Shown: positions 28,434-38,637, numbered from the stretch's first letter. The stretch is 45,605 nucleotides of DNA from a virus (IMGVR_UViG_3300036546_000202:1-45605), one strand, 5' to 3'. Notes: a model not told the origin generated them from the letters alone. Program-made: numbers and translations.

Positions 28434-28470
28434 ATAAACAAAAAGTGAGATATTTCAACACTAATTGCTG

Positions 28471-31400
28471 TTAACCTACCCCATACCAGCCCTTGTCTTC
28501 CATGAATTCGTCATTGACTTCTTCCATAATGTCTTCCATTTTCAGGATATCTTCTTTTGTGATAACCTTACCGCCAATCTTAGACTTACCAGGAACCGGG
28601 ATCAGCCCTGATTCAATGGCTTCTTCCATATAGGCGTCATAGAGTTCTTTCGGAAGACCACGAGCTCTCATCTCATCTAGCGTTGCTTTGATAGAGTTCC
28701 TTGAGAGAACATTGCCATACAGCTTTCGAAGAGCTTCTCTGGCTTCAAGCATCTTAGCTGCATTGGTGAAGAACGCATCATGAATTGTCGAAGTGGCTAT
28801 GTTGTTTTTCTTTCCCCAGAGATGGAAGTTCTTGACAAGAGTTGCATCGTTACTATGGTTGCCATTAACTGCATAAGCAGTGCGAGCTTTAGTGACATCG
28901 GCAATGTCGTTTATCTTGCCCTTCTGATTTGTGAACTCTTCCCACCAAGTTGCTGAAGTTTTCTGAGGTACTTGGACAATATTTGTAATCCAGTTGCCAT
29001 TAGCATCTTTGTACCGAATCATTTCTTCATATTTTTGTGTGAAGTGCTGTTCAATAGTTTTGCCATCAAAGTTCACCCAAGGCACCTTGGCCCAGCTCTT
29101 AGGCAGCTTGTTAGCATAGAAGAGTTCAGCTTCCGACAGTGTTTTGGCACCACCAAGGATCTCTATCTTAGCGAATTTCTTGCCAGTACGTCTTGTCTTA
29201 GCTGATGGCATTCCGTAGAGGATGTGAGCAAGTGTGCTGTTAGGATCCCAAAACTCAAACTTCTCAAGAAATTGCCTAGATACGCTTTTCTTCGGGTCAA
29301 GACCCATCATACGGGCAACCCATTCAGGTCGAATCTTGTAACCATCTCTTTCATTTCCGAACAGCTTCAACTTGGCTATATGAACCCAGTCAAAATCAGA
29401 ACGAGACGGTTTAGCAGATTTAAGGAAATCCTCAGCCAGACGACCAAAGAACCTTGTGAAGTCTTTGAGGATGGGCACCTGAGTGTTCAGCTGTTCGCTC
29501 ATTATAGAGGCAATTAGCTTGAAGTCATCTGGTGTCACAACCTTGTTATAGCTATGGGTCATCTTCTCCACAAGATCTCTGGTCTTGGGGTCTAAGAAGT
29601 ACAGCTGTTCCATAATATCTAAACTTGGCGATTGGCCCTTGTTAAAGATATCACGGATTGTTGCCCTGAGGTCTTTCAGCTCTTGTGCTGTTATGGGATC
29701 AAACTTCTCATATCTCGCAATACGAGCGCTGATCTCATTTAGAACGGTGTCTCTGTCTGTAGCCTTTACAACAAGAGTGGCGTCCTGCTTGCCCAACACT
29801 TTAGCCAGTTTTCCTTCTACGTTAAGTATCCCTGTTCTTTCCCCAGCGCCGTAGAAAGAGACCATATTTTGCCTTATTGTTCCAGAGTGTATCGTTAGTA
29901 CACCTGCGTGTCATTCCTAGTTTGTATTAATAGATTTCCATAACACACCTCACATGTGCTCGGAATGACACAGCTATATGTTACCATATAGAGCAGACTA
30001 TATCATCACTCTCACGAGTGTCCCGCGCTTCGACTCACTTGAGTCTACAGGTTTCATAATCCGTTCTGGATCGTATGCCTTAGTCGTTGCACCTTCAAGT
30101 CTGTTCCCAGACAAGCTTGGCTCAGAGGTTGTCCCAGTGGGAGGTTCCCTGAATTCACGGGATTTTACAAGGCCCATTGTGTCAAGCCTTGGCGGCCTTC
30201 CTTAAATCTATTTCAGTCAACCCTAATCGTTTATTCAGCTCTCTGAATCGAGGATCGTTGAATGTAGCTGCAGCGATCTCATCGTATCAATATGTTCAAG
30301 CAATGGCGCAACCCATTGCCCAGCGCCTCTAAGTTAGATCAGTAGTTTTTCCAATTTTGTCCAGATCGAATTCGATAGATTGTTCCTCTGGCCACATCAT
30401 ATAGCTCAGCAATTTCTCTATCGCTCTTTCCGGCTGCAATCATCTGTCTGATTGTAGGTATGTCTTCAGCTGTAAGCTTTCTCTTACTGCTTTTTGACTT
30501 CATACCTGACAAATCGGGGCCAACGTTTTTCCAAGCCCTTCCCAGCTTTAAATTGCTAATTGTTCCTGGCGAAACTTGATATTTTTCAGCCAACCTTTGG
30601 GCAGGCACACCTGAAAGTATGGCTTCTTTTATTTCAACAACAGCAGACTCATCTAGCGTTGCCCACTTAGTAGAAGAGCCTTTACTTTTCAAACCTGTCT
30701 CGTAGGCATGGGTCGTGTTCTCAGACGATGTAACCCATTCTAAATTTTTAAAATGGTTATTAGTCTTATTACCATCTACATGGTTGACAACTAATTTCTT
30801 TGAAAAGCCGTCTACAAAAAGCTCTGCAACCATTCGATGCAATCTGTAAGACTTTTTGTCTTGGCTGTCATAAACAGATAAGTATCCGCCAGGATTCTTT
30901 GAAAACTTTCTAGGTTTTTTATTTTGCCAATTTCTGACATTTCCTAGATTACTTACTTCAAACTTAGTTTCTTTGTATCTTTTCCATATCTCTTTGCACA
31001 TGTTTATTTCCTCAAGTGCTCAGAGGCGCTTCTGCATGTTGCCATGCAGTTCAGACTATATCTTCACCCATCTTTGGGTGTCGGGCGCTTCCACCAGCAT
31101 CGACTTCTGGTGTACGGGCTTCATAATCCGGTCTGGATCGTGTGCCCTAGTCGTTGCACCTTCAAACCTATTCCTAGGTAAGCTTGGCTCAGAGGTTGTC
31201 CCATAGGGAGGTTCCCTGAATTCACCCGATTTAACGAGACCAAAGTCTAGCCTCCTCTTCTGATTGGTAGGCACTACATTGCTCAGCTCTGCCAACTGCT
31301 TATTGCGAGTTGTCAAAGCAATGATCTGAGCGCCGCTTGAACTCCATGTGTTAACAAAGGTCGTTAGCCTTTGCAAGAACTCTTCTTGTTAGTTAATAGT

Positions 31401-34400
31401 TTTTCCAGGTCTTTCCTGAAACTATTGCGTGAATTGTACCACTATGTACTTTAAAAGTACGACCTATCTCTGCTAAAGATTTGCCTTCCGAATACATGCT
31501 TCTTATTACAGGAATATCTTCTGCAGAAATCTTTCTCTTACCACGACTATTCCCCTTAGTTCCTTCTGACCTGTCAGGAAGGACCACATCAGGCATTACA
31601 TGGGTCCATCTCTTGCCATGTCGAATTTTAGAAATAGTTGCAGTGACCGTCCCAGTCAATTCAGATATTTCCTGATCATCAAGGTCGTTTAGCATAAGCT
31701 TTTTAATAAGTACAACGTCATCCTCTGTCAACTTGGCGCCTGGTCTCAAGCTTCCTAGCGGCATTAGACCTGTACTTATCGCATGCTCATGATTTTGCTT
31801 AGAAGTGACATACTCTAAGTTTTCTATGGAATTGTCAGTCTTAATGCCGTTAATGTGGTTAACTTGAAGACCGTTTGATTCACCAAGGAAGACTTCAGCA
31901 ACGAGTCGATGAACTCTCTTGTTGATCTTAGCACCATCAATGTATAAAGTCAGCTGGTGGTAGCCATACTGATTGACCTGTGGTGTTAAGACCTTGCTAG
32001 AGCGTTTACTATACACCCGACCCTTGTCACTTACTAAGTAGTTAGTATTCTTAAGTGGTTTCCAATTTTCCATAACAAGCTCCTCTTCATGTGCAAGAAG
32101 AGTTCTTCTGCATGTTGCCATGCAGAGCAGACCATATCTTCATACATTTCTGTATGTTCCGCGCTTCCCCGTCACTTGACAGGTACGGGCCTCATCCTCT
32201 GCTTGAGAGGGTACGCCCTGGTCGTTGCACCTTCAAACCCATCGCTGGGTAAGCTTGGCTCAGAGGTTGTCCCAGTAGGAGGTTCCCTGAATTCACGGAA
32301 TTTATAGACACCCGTTATTTTAAGCGTCTTGTTCTAAAGCCAATGCGGTCTTGTACTTGGAGAGCCTTTCAAGAGAGCGCTTGGAGTAATCTCCCCCAAG
32401 AAACTCATCCATCTTGGCCAGCTCAATAGCAAATCTAAAGAACTTACCCTGTTCCTCAGCATCAATCATTTGCACGAGCTCATTATCCAAGATGTCACGG
32501 ATATCTCTTGGTTTGGCTCTTCGCATTTGATTGCCGATCTTCACCATTTCATTGCGATACTTTTGGGCAATCTTCTGGCGCCCTGTGATCGTTAGAGAGT
32601 TGAAATTGCCCTCCAGCTTCTCACTGAGACCGCCGAGGAATGCACCAATCTGATCTTGGAAATTCAAGAAGTCTTTACGGCTGAAAGCATACTCTTCTGC
32701 AGTATTAAGGAACGGTCTAAACGTCTCACCACTCTGAGGGCTGATAAAACCCCTGTCGTAGATCCTTGCACGATGGTCTATGAACGGAGTATTGCTGAAC
32801 TTTCTATCAGTCTTCCGCAGCCACTCCATCGACTTAAATCGCTCATAAGAGTCACCACGAGAGGCAATGTACTTACGGTACTCATTCAGAGAGTTGTAGT
32901 ACTTGGCCCTGCCTCGGTCGTCTTCAAAGTTGAGCAGCTTATCAACAAAGTCATAGAAATCCTTGTCAATTCTGTACTCAGCTTGACCTGCCCAGTTCAG
33001 AGCGTCAACCAAATTCTTGTCAATAAACTCTTCGGGGAACTCACTGAAACTAGAGGTTGACGTGATTGGGATTCTGGTGTCTTCATAAAGACCCCACTTG
33101 TTTTTGATAAAGTAGGTCTTTCGGTTAGTCCGGAAATGCAACCGCTCGGAAGGGTCAGTCACAGCTACACGCAGTCCAACCTCAACCTTACGAGTTAGCT
33201 TAGAGTACTCCTGAATGCGAGGATCGACAATGCGAATATTGTAGCTAATGGTGTCAAAGTAAGGGCCAAAGTAAGCACCACTCATGCGGCTCTTCATCCT
33301 TCGCTTTTGAACACCGAAGGTCTCAAGCTCATACAGCTTGCTGACATTCTTAGACTGGAGGATTTTCATGCCAACCCTGTGCCACTCTTGCCGAGAGCCG
33401 GTATAGTTGGCAGCATTGTACAGATCACGACCAAGAGCAATTGCAAGCTGGTCTACATCAGGAGTGTCAGCTAAAGCCAACCGTCTGGCAAAGCGCTCAT
33501 AGAAGAATTTCAACTCTTTATCTGAGATTCTTAGCTTGATTTTAAGAGGGATAGCACTGTCAAACAGTGGCATCATCTCCTTAGCAAGCTTGGGGGCTAC
33601 TCTGTTTTCCCAACGGTTTTTCTTACGAATATTATCAAGAAAGGTGTCACCAAGCTCTTCTAATTGCGTAGCGCCTAGAACAGGGTCGATGTAGTTTGCT
33701 TGTTTTAGCTTCTTCAACAAGTCTGTATCTCTTCGGAGCACAGTCTCGATAGCGTCCGAAACGTTCATCACATCAAATTTGATCTGATTTTGAAGCACTG
33801 CTTTGAAGTTTCCCCAAGGCTCAGGATTCTTACGATATCGAGTAAAGATAATACGCAAGTTGTCAGTAATAACAGCAAGCTCATTAACACCAATTCGCTG
33901 ATCCATGTCTTTGATGAACTTTTGGATGAACTCTTTATCAGCCTTGGTGAGCTCAGTGGCTTCTTCTACCAGCCTGAGGTTATTTTCCAAGACTTGTGGT
34001 GCAGGCTGGTAAAGACGAACATCTTCGTAACGACCTGTCACAGGGTTAAAGCGCATCTGCTCTTCTGTAGGAGGTCTTGTCAAGACTCTTCTCTTAGTCG
34101 CTCGCTTGTTTCCAAGAGTGATGCCACGATAATTAGTCAGAGACAGCGTGCCATCGAGTTCCATAGACTGAAGTCTATAGTACTCCTTAAGACGTGCTTG
34201 CATTTTTGGATCGTTCAGCAAATCTTCAGGACGTGCAACTGGAAGCTTCAACATGTCCAATTCGAGCCTAGCTCTGGCAAACCTAGCAGTATCACCTTGA
34301 ACTGAAAACTCTGAGTCTGTCAGCTGGCGGAGTGCCTTAATGCCAATCGGCTTGCCCTGCATGTTGAGCAGCTGCGAACCAGTGACAGCACCCTTGTGAA

Positions 34401-36381
34401 AAGCATCGAGAGCCTCTTGGCTACCGGCGTGTTTCAACTGAATTGCCAGGGGCTGACGGCGAAGCCAATCATCATATCTAAGCTGATTTGGAACCAAGCC
34501 ATCATAATACTCACGTTGAGCTGGAGTTAACTTTTGCAGATTCCTCTTTCTAATCTGCATCACGTTATCAAGTTCGAAAAGCTTGTCCCAGCGTTTGACG
34601 ATCGGGGTCGTTGTCGAGCGGCAATTAGATCCCCAAATTGTCTTGCCATTTCTAGACACTAGAAGAGTGTGTTTTTCTGCCAACTCAAGATCTACAACAT
34701 TAAATTCTCCAGAAACCACCTCAACCTTGGCACTAGCAAATGTGCGATACGTGCTATAGTTCCAGGAGACCTTATGGACAGGGTGCCGCCCATTTATAAC
34801 CCGTCCGTCTTTAAGGTGGACAATCCTCGGTGGTTCAGTAGATAAAGTAGTGCTCCCACCAGCTTTTATCACCAGCTCAGCAAGACCATCTCTTAACCTA
34901 GGCGATGTAGTAGTAAAGGATCTTATTGGTTTAGAAACATAGTTACCGAAGTCGGAACCCTTGGTAGAGCAGCCATCTCCAAGTAAATAAAACTCTAAAA
35001 ATTTGTAAATAAGCTCTGAAGACAATTCTTTTATAAAATCAGGAATAAATTTTTCAGTGCTTTTACCAAATTGTAAGACATACTCTGCGAGGTCTTGGGA
35101 AACAAACCCAATCTTGTCTTTGCCCCAAGGACGAGGATTGAGTTCCGCCAAAACTTCCAGCATCAGCTCTCGATGAGTTTCTTGAGAGATAGCCACATTG
35201 TAATAGTTTTCACTTTTCTTTGTTACAGAGCCATCGCTTAAGTACCACGCCATGAAAGCAAGATAAGTTTCGATTGAGATGTCAATACTCTTGTATCTAA
35301 AACGAGAAACTCTTTCTCCGGTCCACTTTGAGGATAAGAAGCTTCTAAAGTCGGATTTCGGAACTTCTTCAAAACTTTCGTACTTTCTTGGCACCCACTC
35401 TTTGTAAGATCCTCGGTCTACACGCTTTTGACCTATGAAAGGGTGATCAAGACTGACAGCCAGGTCTAGACTCTTGCCGGTAATCTTGCGAATTTTATTG
35501 ACCTTCTTGGAAAAGGTCTTTACAACAGGTTGCCATGACAGGTCTTCTGTCTCTGGATCCAATGACAAACATAAATCTCCAACCTTTACGTCTTTCATTG
35601 GCACGAACCCGCTCTTGGTGTAAACTAGCGTGTCGTCCAGGTAGCAGCGAAAATGAGCTGGGGGAAGGTGTTTGACATCCCCAGTGGGGTAGACATGCCC
35701 GTGCCTGAAACGGCACAGAGGGGTCGTGCTAGAGTCCAGAATGGCCACGTACTGCCAGCCTTCCAGCGCCGGTTCGTTCGCTGCGTAGACGGCTTGGTCA
35801 GCCTGCGCTTGTACGGATGTAACCGCAGTGGTCACTAGCGCATCTGCATGCTGCTTAGTGATTTTGTGAATTCTGCCCTTTCGAATCTCCTTAGAGAGTT
35901 CTGCAGCAGTTGAGCCGTCAGCGATACCCTTGCGAATAATTCGTTCGATACGCTGGCGCTCGGAATTGGAAACTCTCGCCCAACCTTCTGCGAGAGTCTG
36001 GTCATCAGCAAGAGGGCGTTTTAAGACTATGTCTTCCCCTATTTGCCGAGATGCGGGTTTGGTACGCCAGACTTTGCTAAGTCCAGCGTCCATCACCTGA
36101 AAGGTGTAGCTCATCTGGTCATGCACCATCTCCAGCAGAGAGCGCTTAGAGACGTTGTACACCTGCTTATACGCTCTTTGCAATTCCTGATCTACCGCCT
36201 CACGCAGTGCAGCATAACCAGCATTAGAAGTTTTAGCAGAGCTAATGAGCTTGTCCAAACGGACAGTATGGTCGTCAACTATGACGAAAACCTTGTTCTT
36301 CAACATTTGCTCGTAGCGAGCAATCATTACAGCACGGTCTACTGTTTTATCGTAAAGCTCTTCATTCAAGCCAACGGCCAT
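28471..36381 (-). CDS. Spliced gene: MuF (SPP1 gp7-like) head protein fused to a T7-like RNA polymerase; exons 36381-32323, 31343-31249, 30287-30185, 29871-28471
   Basis: MuF motif WQYVAILDSSTTPLCR...PPAHFR|CRS; RNAP motifs FIDHRARIY, EQDA|SSSGAQII (A), LRKAAKA|QNMVSFYG (B), AVNGNHSNDA, STIHDAF (C). Exon lengths 4059+95+103+1401 nt keep one frame. Confidence 0.92.
29872..30184 (-). mobile_element. Group I intron 3 (313 nt, no intact ORF)
   Basis: P1 CAAGGCU/GGCCUUG with U.G at the 5' splice site; terminal G; P GAAUUCAGGGAA, Q AACCUCUGAGCC, R GUGCAACGACUA, S GAUAUAGUCU. Confidence 0.92.
30288..31248 (-). mobile_element. Group I intron 2 (961 nt) with HNH ORF
   Basis: P1 GAGGCU/GGUCUC; terminal G; same P/Q/R/S core; splicing restores KRRL-YDEIA. 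Confidence 0.92.
30339..31001 (-). CDS. Intron-encoded NUMOD4-HNH homing endonuclease with C-terminal HTH repeats
   Basis: EIWK...FEVSNLGNVR, LHRMVAELF, VNHVDGNKTNNHFKNLEWVT. Confidence 0.92.
   Translation of the reverse strand: MCKEIWKRYKETKFEVSNLGNVRNWQNKKPRKFSKNPGGYLSVYDSQDKKSYRLHRMVAELFVDGFSKKLVVNHVDGNKTNNHFKNLEWVTSSENTTHAYETGLKSKGSSTKWATLDESAVVEIKEAILSGVPAQRLAEKYQVSPGTISNLKLGRAWKNVGPDLSGMKSKSSKRKLTAEDIPTIRQMIAAGKSDREIAELYDVARGTIYRIRSGQNWKNY
31344..32322 (-). mobile_element. Group I intron 1 (979 nt) with HNH ORF
   Basis: P1 AGACGCU/GGUGUCU; terminal G; P7 GACCA/UGGUC is a compensatory change relative to GACUA/UAGUC in introns 2 and 3. Confidence 0.92.
31393..32073 (-). CDS. Intron-encoded NUMOD4-HNH homing endonuclease (start MENWKP, 226 aa)
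   Basis: YLVSDKGRVYS, VHRLVAEVF, VNHINGIKTDNSIENLEYVT; GAGGAG RBS before ATG 32073. Confidence 0.92.
   Translation of the reverse strand: MENWKPLKNTNYLVSDKGRVYSKRSSKVLTPQVNQYGYHQLTLYIDGAKINKRVHRLVAEVFLGESNGLQVNHINGIKTDNSIENLEYVTSKQNHEHAISTGLMPLGSLRPGAKLTEDDVVLIKKLMLNDLDDQEISELTGTVTATISKIRHGKRWTHVMPDVVLPDRSEGTKGNSRGKRKISAEDIPVIRSMYSEGKSLAEIGRTFKVHSGTIHAIVSGKTWKNY
34624..35646 (-). mobile_element. Intein (341 aa) with LAGLIDADG-type endonuclease, inserted in the MuF domain
   Basis: Begins CYLDDTLVYTKSG, block B VSLDHPF, endonuclease motifs MAWYLSDG and FYLLGDG, ends VVDLEL...IWGSN followed by extein Cys. Confidence 0.92.
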
Positions 36382-36389
36382 ACCTCACC

Positions 36390-37916
36390 TCATCTCATAA
36401 GATCAGCGCCTTCCACTCGGCCACGAGCTGGAACAGGGTCGCTATTGATTTCTTCTACGCCCTTCTCATCATCATAATCAGAAGGAGCAATGTCATTTTT
36501 CTTGATAATAGATAGCCAGATGCTGCGAGGAATGAGACCATCTTGGTACCACTCGGTGATCAGTCTCAACCAATCCGCACCCAAGCCTACAGTATCAAAG
36601 TCAGAGCTCAGATTGAATACAACATCACCATCCTTGAGTTCAAGATCGTAACGCCAGTTGATCATCTGAGCAATGATTTGCCTTACAGTAGCACTCAGCT
36701 TAGTGCATAAAGAGCCTAGCTGGGCTGTCTGAGCCGCATTTCGCAGCTGGAGCGCCACACCAGACTGAGCGGTCTCAGGGGACAACATTCGAACGCCTAA
36801 TTTAGCTAGCTCTTCGATAGACTTTTCAATCGCAGCCTCCATATCTGAAAGAGCTTCAGTCGGAGTCTTGAGGATGTCTGCCTTGTCATCTTTGCCTAAG
36901 TGCAGCCAGGTGCCGAGACCAGATTCCACAATCTTTTCAAACTCCTCGTCCATCATGTCAGAGAAGATGATAGGAGTATAGGTGGCAGCACCATACAGCA
37001 AATGATTTCGGCGGGAGATCTTGTTGTACAGAGAGACTTCTTTGTCAATAATAGAAGTCAACATCGGCTCGCCAAAGTCATACTCTCCATTCAAGGGCCA
37101 CAACGGAATGAAGTCAATAACCTCTCCACGAATCATTATGCCCTTATGGGTCTTCTCCAGTTTAAACTGGGATGGCATCTTTTCAGGATCCATTTTGATC
37201 TTGCCAGAAGCCACTGTGGCAGAAGCGTCTTTGTTAGCATGAAATTCACGAATCTGATATTTGCCATTGACGAGCTCATGCACCCATACTGTCTCTGTCA
37301 ACGTAGGATGGAATTCATCTTCTTTATAGACCTCTGTATAGCCACGGACAATTACAAACATTAGCTTGTTCTTGCCAGTGATGGGATCTTCTGCCACTCG
37401 GTGGTTGATCACTACGTCAGATCGAAGCCAAAATGGAAAAGGCTCAATAGGCGCATCTTCATCGTTGTTTGACGCGATGTTTAAGCCAACCCATGCACGA
37501 CTTGTCTGCACCTCTTCCCATAAAGAGGCGGCAAGAAAAGATAATATTGGAGAGTCATCTGCTCCAAAGTTGTCTCGAATCCAAGTCTCAGCGTCTTCGG
37601 GAACCTCTTTCCTGAAACGAATCTCAGGCGGCTTTCGCAAAAGACCACCAACCAGCATCTTAGCAAATGCAGATGTTATCCCAGGCAGCTCTGCTTCTGC
37701 TTTATAGAAGTTATACTGAGCTTGAGACATGGTGGGTGAAAATGGGATCAGAAGGTTCTCAAATGCAACAGTATCAACAGTGCCATCAAACTCTTTGACA
37801 GCCTTCTCTCCACCGCATACAGCTCGCGCCTTATCCCACATTGGCTTCATAGATTCGAAAGCGGGAGTCGGATCTCCAACACTTCTATTTCTGGATTGGG
37901 TTTGAATGACGCTCAT
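36390..37916 (-). CDS. Portal protein (DUF4055-like)
   Basis: 508 aa; directly upstream of the MuF gene; LVGGLLRKPP and SGVALQLR patterns. Confidence 0.85.
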   Translation of the reverse strand: MSVIQTQSRNRSVGDPTPAFESMKPMWDKARAVCGGEKAVKEFDGTVDTVAFENLLIPFSPTMSQAQYNFYKAEAELPGITSAFAKMLVGGLLRKPPEIRFRKEVPEDAETWIRDNFGADDSPILSFLAASLWEEVQTSRAWVGLNIASNNDEDAPIEPFPFWLRSDVVINHRVAEDPITGKNKLMFVIVRGYTEVYKEDEFHPTLTETVWVHELVNGKYQIREFHANKDASATVASGKIKMDPEKMPSQFKLEKTHKGIMIRGEVIDFIPLWPLNGEYDFGEPMLTSIIDKEVSLYNKISRRNHLLYGAATYTPIIFSDMMDEEFEKIVESGLGTWLHLGKDDKADILKTPTEALSDMEAAIEKSIEELAKLGVRMLSPETAQSGVALQLRNAAQTAQLGSLCTKLSATVRQIIAQMINWRYDLELKDGDVVFNLSSDFDTVGLGADWLRLITEWYQDGLIPRSIWLSIIKKNDIAPSDYDDEKGVEEINSDPVPARGRVEGADLMR

Positions 37917-37937
37917 TCAAGAACCTCCTAAGGTCTA

Positions 37938-38192
37938 TCAGTGCAGGCGTTTGTTAAACTCAGCGAGAGTGCCTTCAAACACCTCCCCGGTGTTAGAATT
38001 ACGAGCTTGGATGCGCTCTTCATCAGAAGGTACAATGATCCAATCTGCAGGGCAGCGGCCCTCAAAAGCAGCCAGTCGGTCAACCTGTACAGCAGCATCT
38101 TCATTCAATACCACTTCTTCATCCTCTGTAGTAACGGTAGTCTCTTCAGTGTTGATTTTCAAGTTTTTCATGTTCTTCTTCAACCTTATCAT
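37938..38192 (-). CDS. Hypothetical protein
   Basis: Acidic ORF; true start may be the internal Met of MKNLK. Confidence 0.6.
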   Translation of the reverse strand: MIRLKKNMKNLKINTEETTVTTEDEEVVLNEDAAVQVDRLAAFEGRCPADWIIVPSDEERIQARNSNTGEVFEGTLAEFNKRLH

Positions 38193-38637
38193 GACTTATT
38201 ACGATGGCCATTAATCGATCTTTTAACTCAGCAAAAGCCGCAGAGTCTAGGCTTGAATCTTCCTTTCCGGACACATACACATACATGTCTAGTGCCTCCT
38301 GTCTAATATCTTCGTGCTTAGCCTTCATCAGCCTCAGCTGAGTTTCTAATTCTGAAATTCGAGCGACTAGCTCTCTTCGCTCTGTTTTATGCTCTTCTTT
38401 TAAAGCAAATATATCTGCAGAGTGTCGGCTTTCCATATGGTTTACTCTGTCTGAAAGCCTTTGGACCTCTCCGCGAAGCATCTCAACAATAGATACTTCG
38501 GCACCATCTTTGGACACTTCAAGCTTTGCCTCTGCAAAACTCATCCAAAGCTTCCGAAGAAATAAAAGCATAGCGCCAACCGCACCAGCTCCTGTACCTG
38601 AGACAAATAAGATATCTAAAGTGTCTTTTTCATTCAT
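38146..38637 (-). CDS. Membrane-anchored coiled-coil protein (possibly lysis-related)
   Basis: N-terminal TM segment followed by a long coiled coil; AGGAG RBS. Confidence 0.65.
   Translation of the reverse strand: MNEKDTLDILFVSGTGAGAVGAMLLFLRKLWMSFAEAKLEVSKDGAEVSIVEMLRGEVQRLSDRVNHMESRHSADIFALKEEHKTERRELVARISELETQLRLMKAKHEDIRQEALDMYVYVSGKEDSSLDSAAFAELKDRLMAIVISHDKVEEEHEKLENQH

Noticed and set aside
28471-29865. 464-aa ORF as a stand-alone RNAP subunit, as in the split N4 RNAP II
   Set aside because: Its Met lies inside motif B and it is preceded by a complete group I intron; it is exon 4 of the spliced gene
31056-31376. 106-aa minus-strand ORF in the track
   Set aside because: Not a gene: it is exon 2 (31343-31249) plus read-through into intron sequence on both sides
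29872-32322. Three long similar repeats considered as a CRISPR array, ncRNA array or assembly duplication
   Set aside because: They are the conserved P/Q/R/S cores of group I introns, with distinct P1 guides and compensatory changes
32320-36381. Pseudogene or stop-codon-reassignment explanation for the broken polymerase
   Set aside because: All breaks coincide with U|...G| intron boundaries that restore frame and motifs; other genes use TAA, TAG and TGA as normal stops
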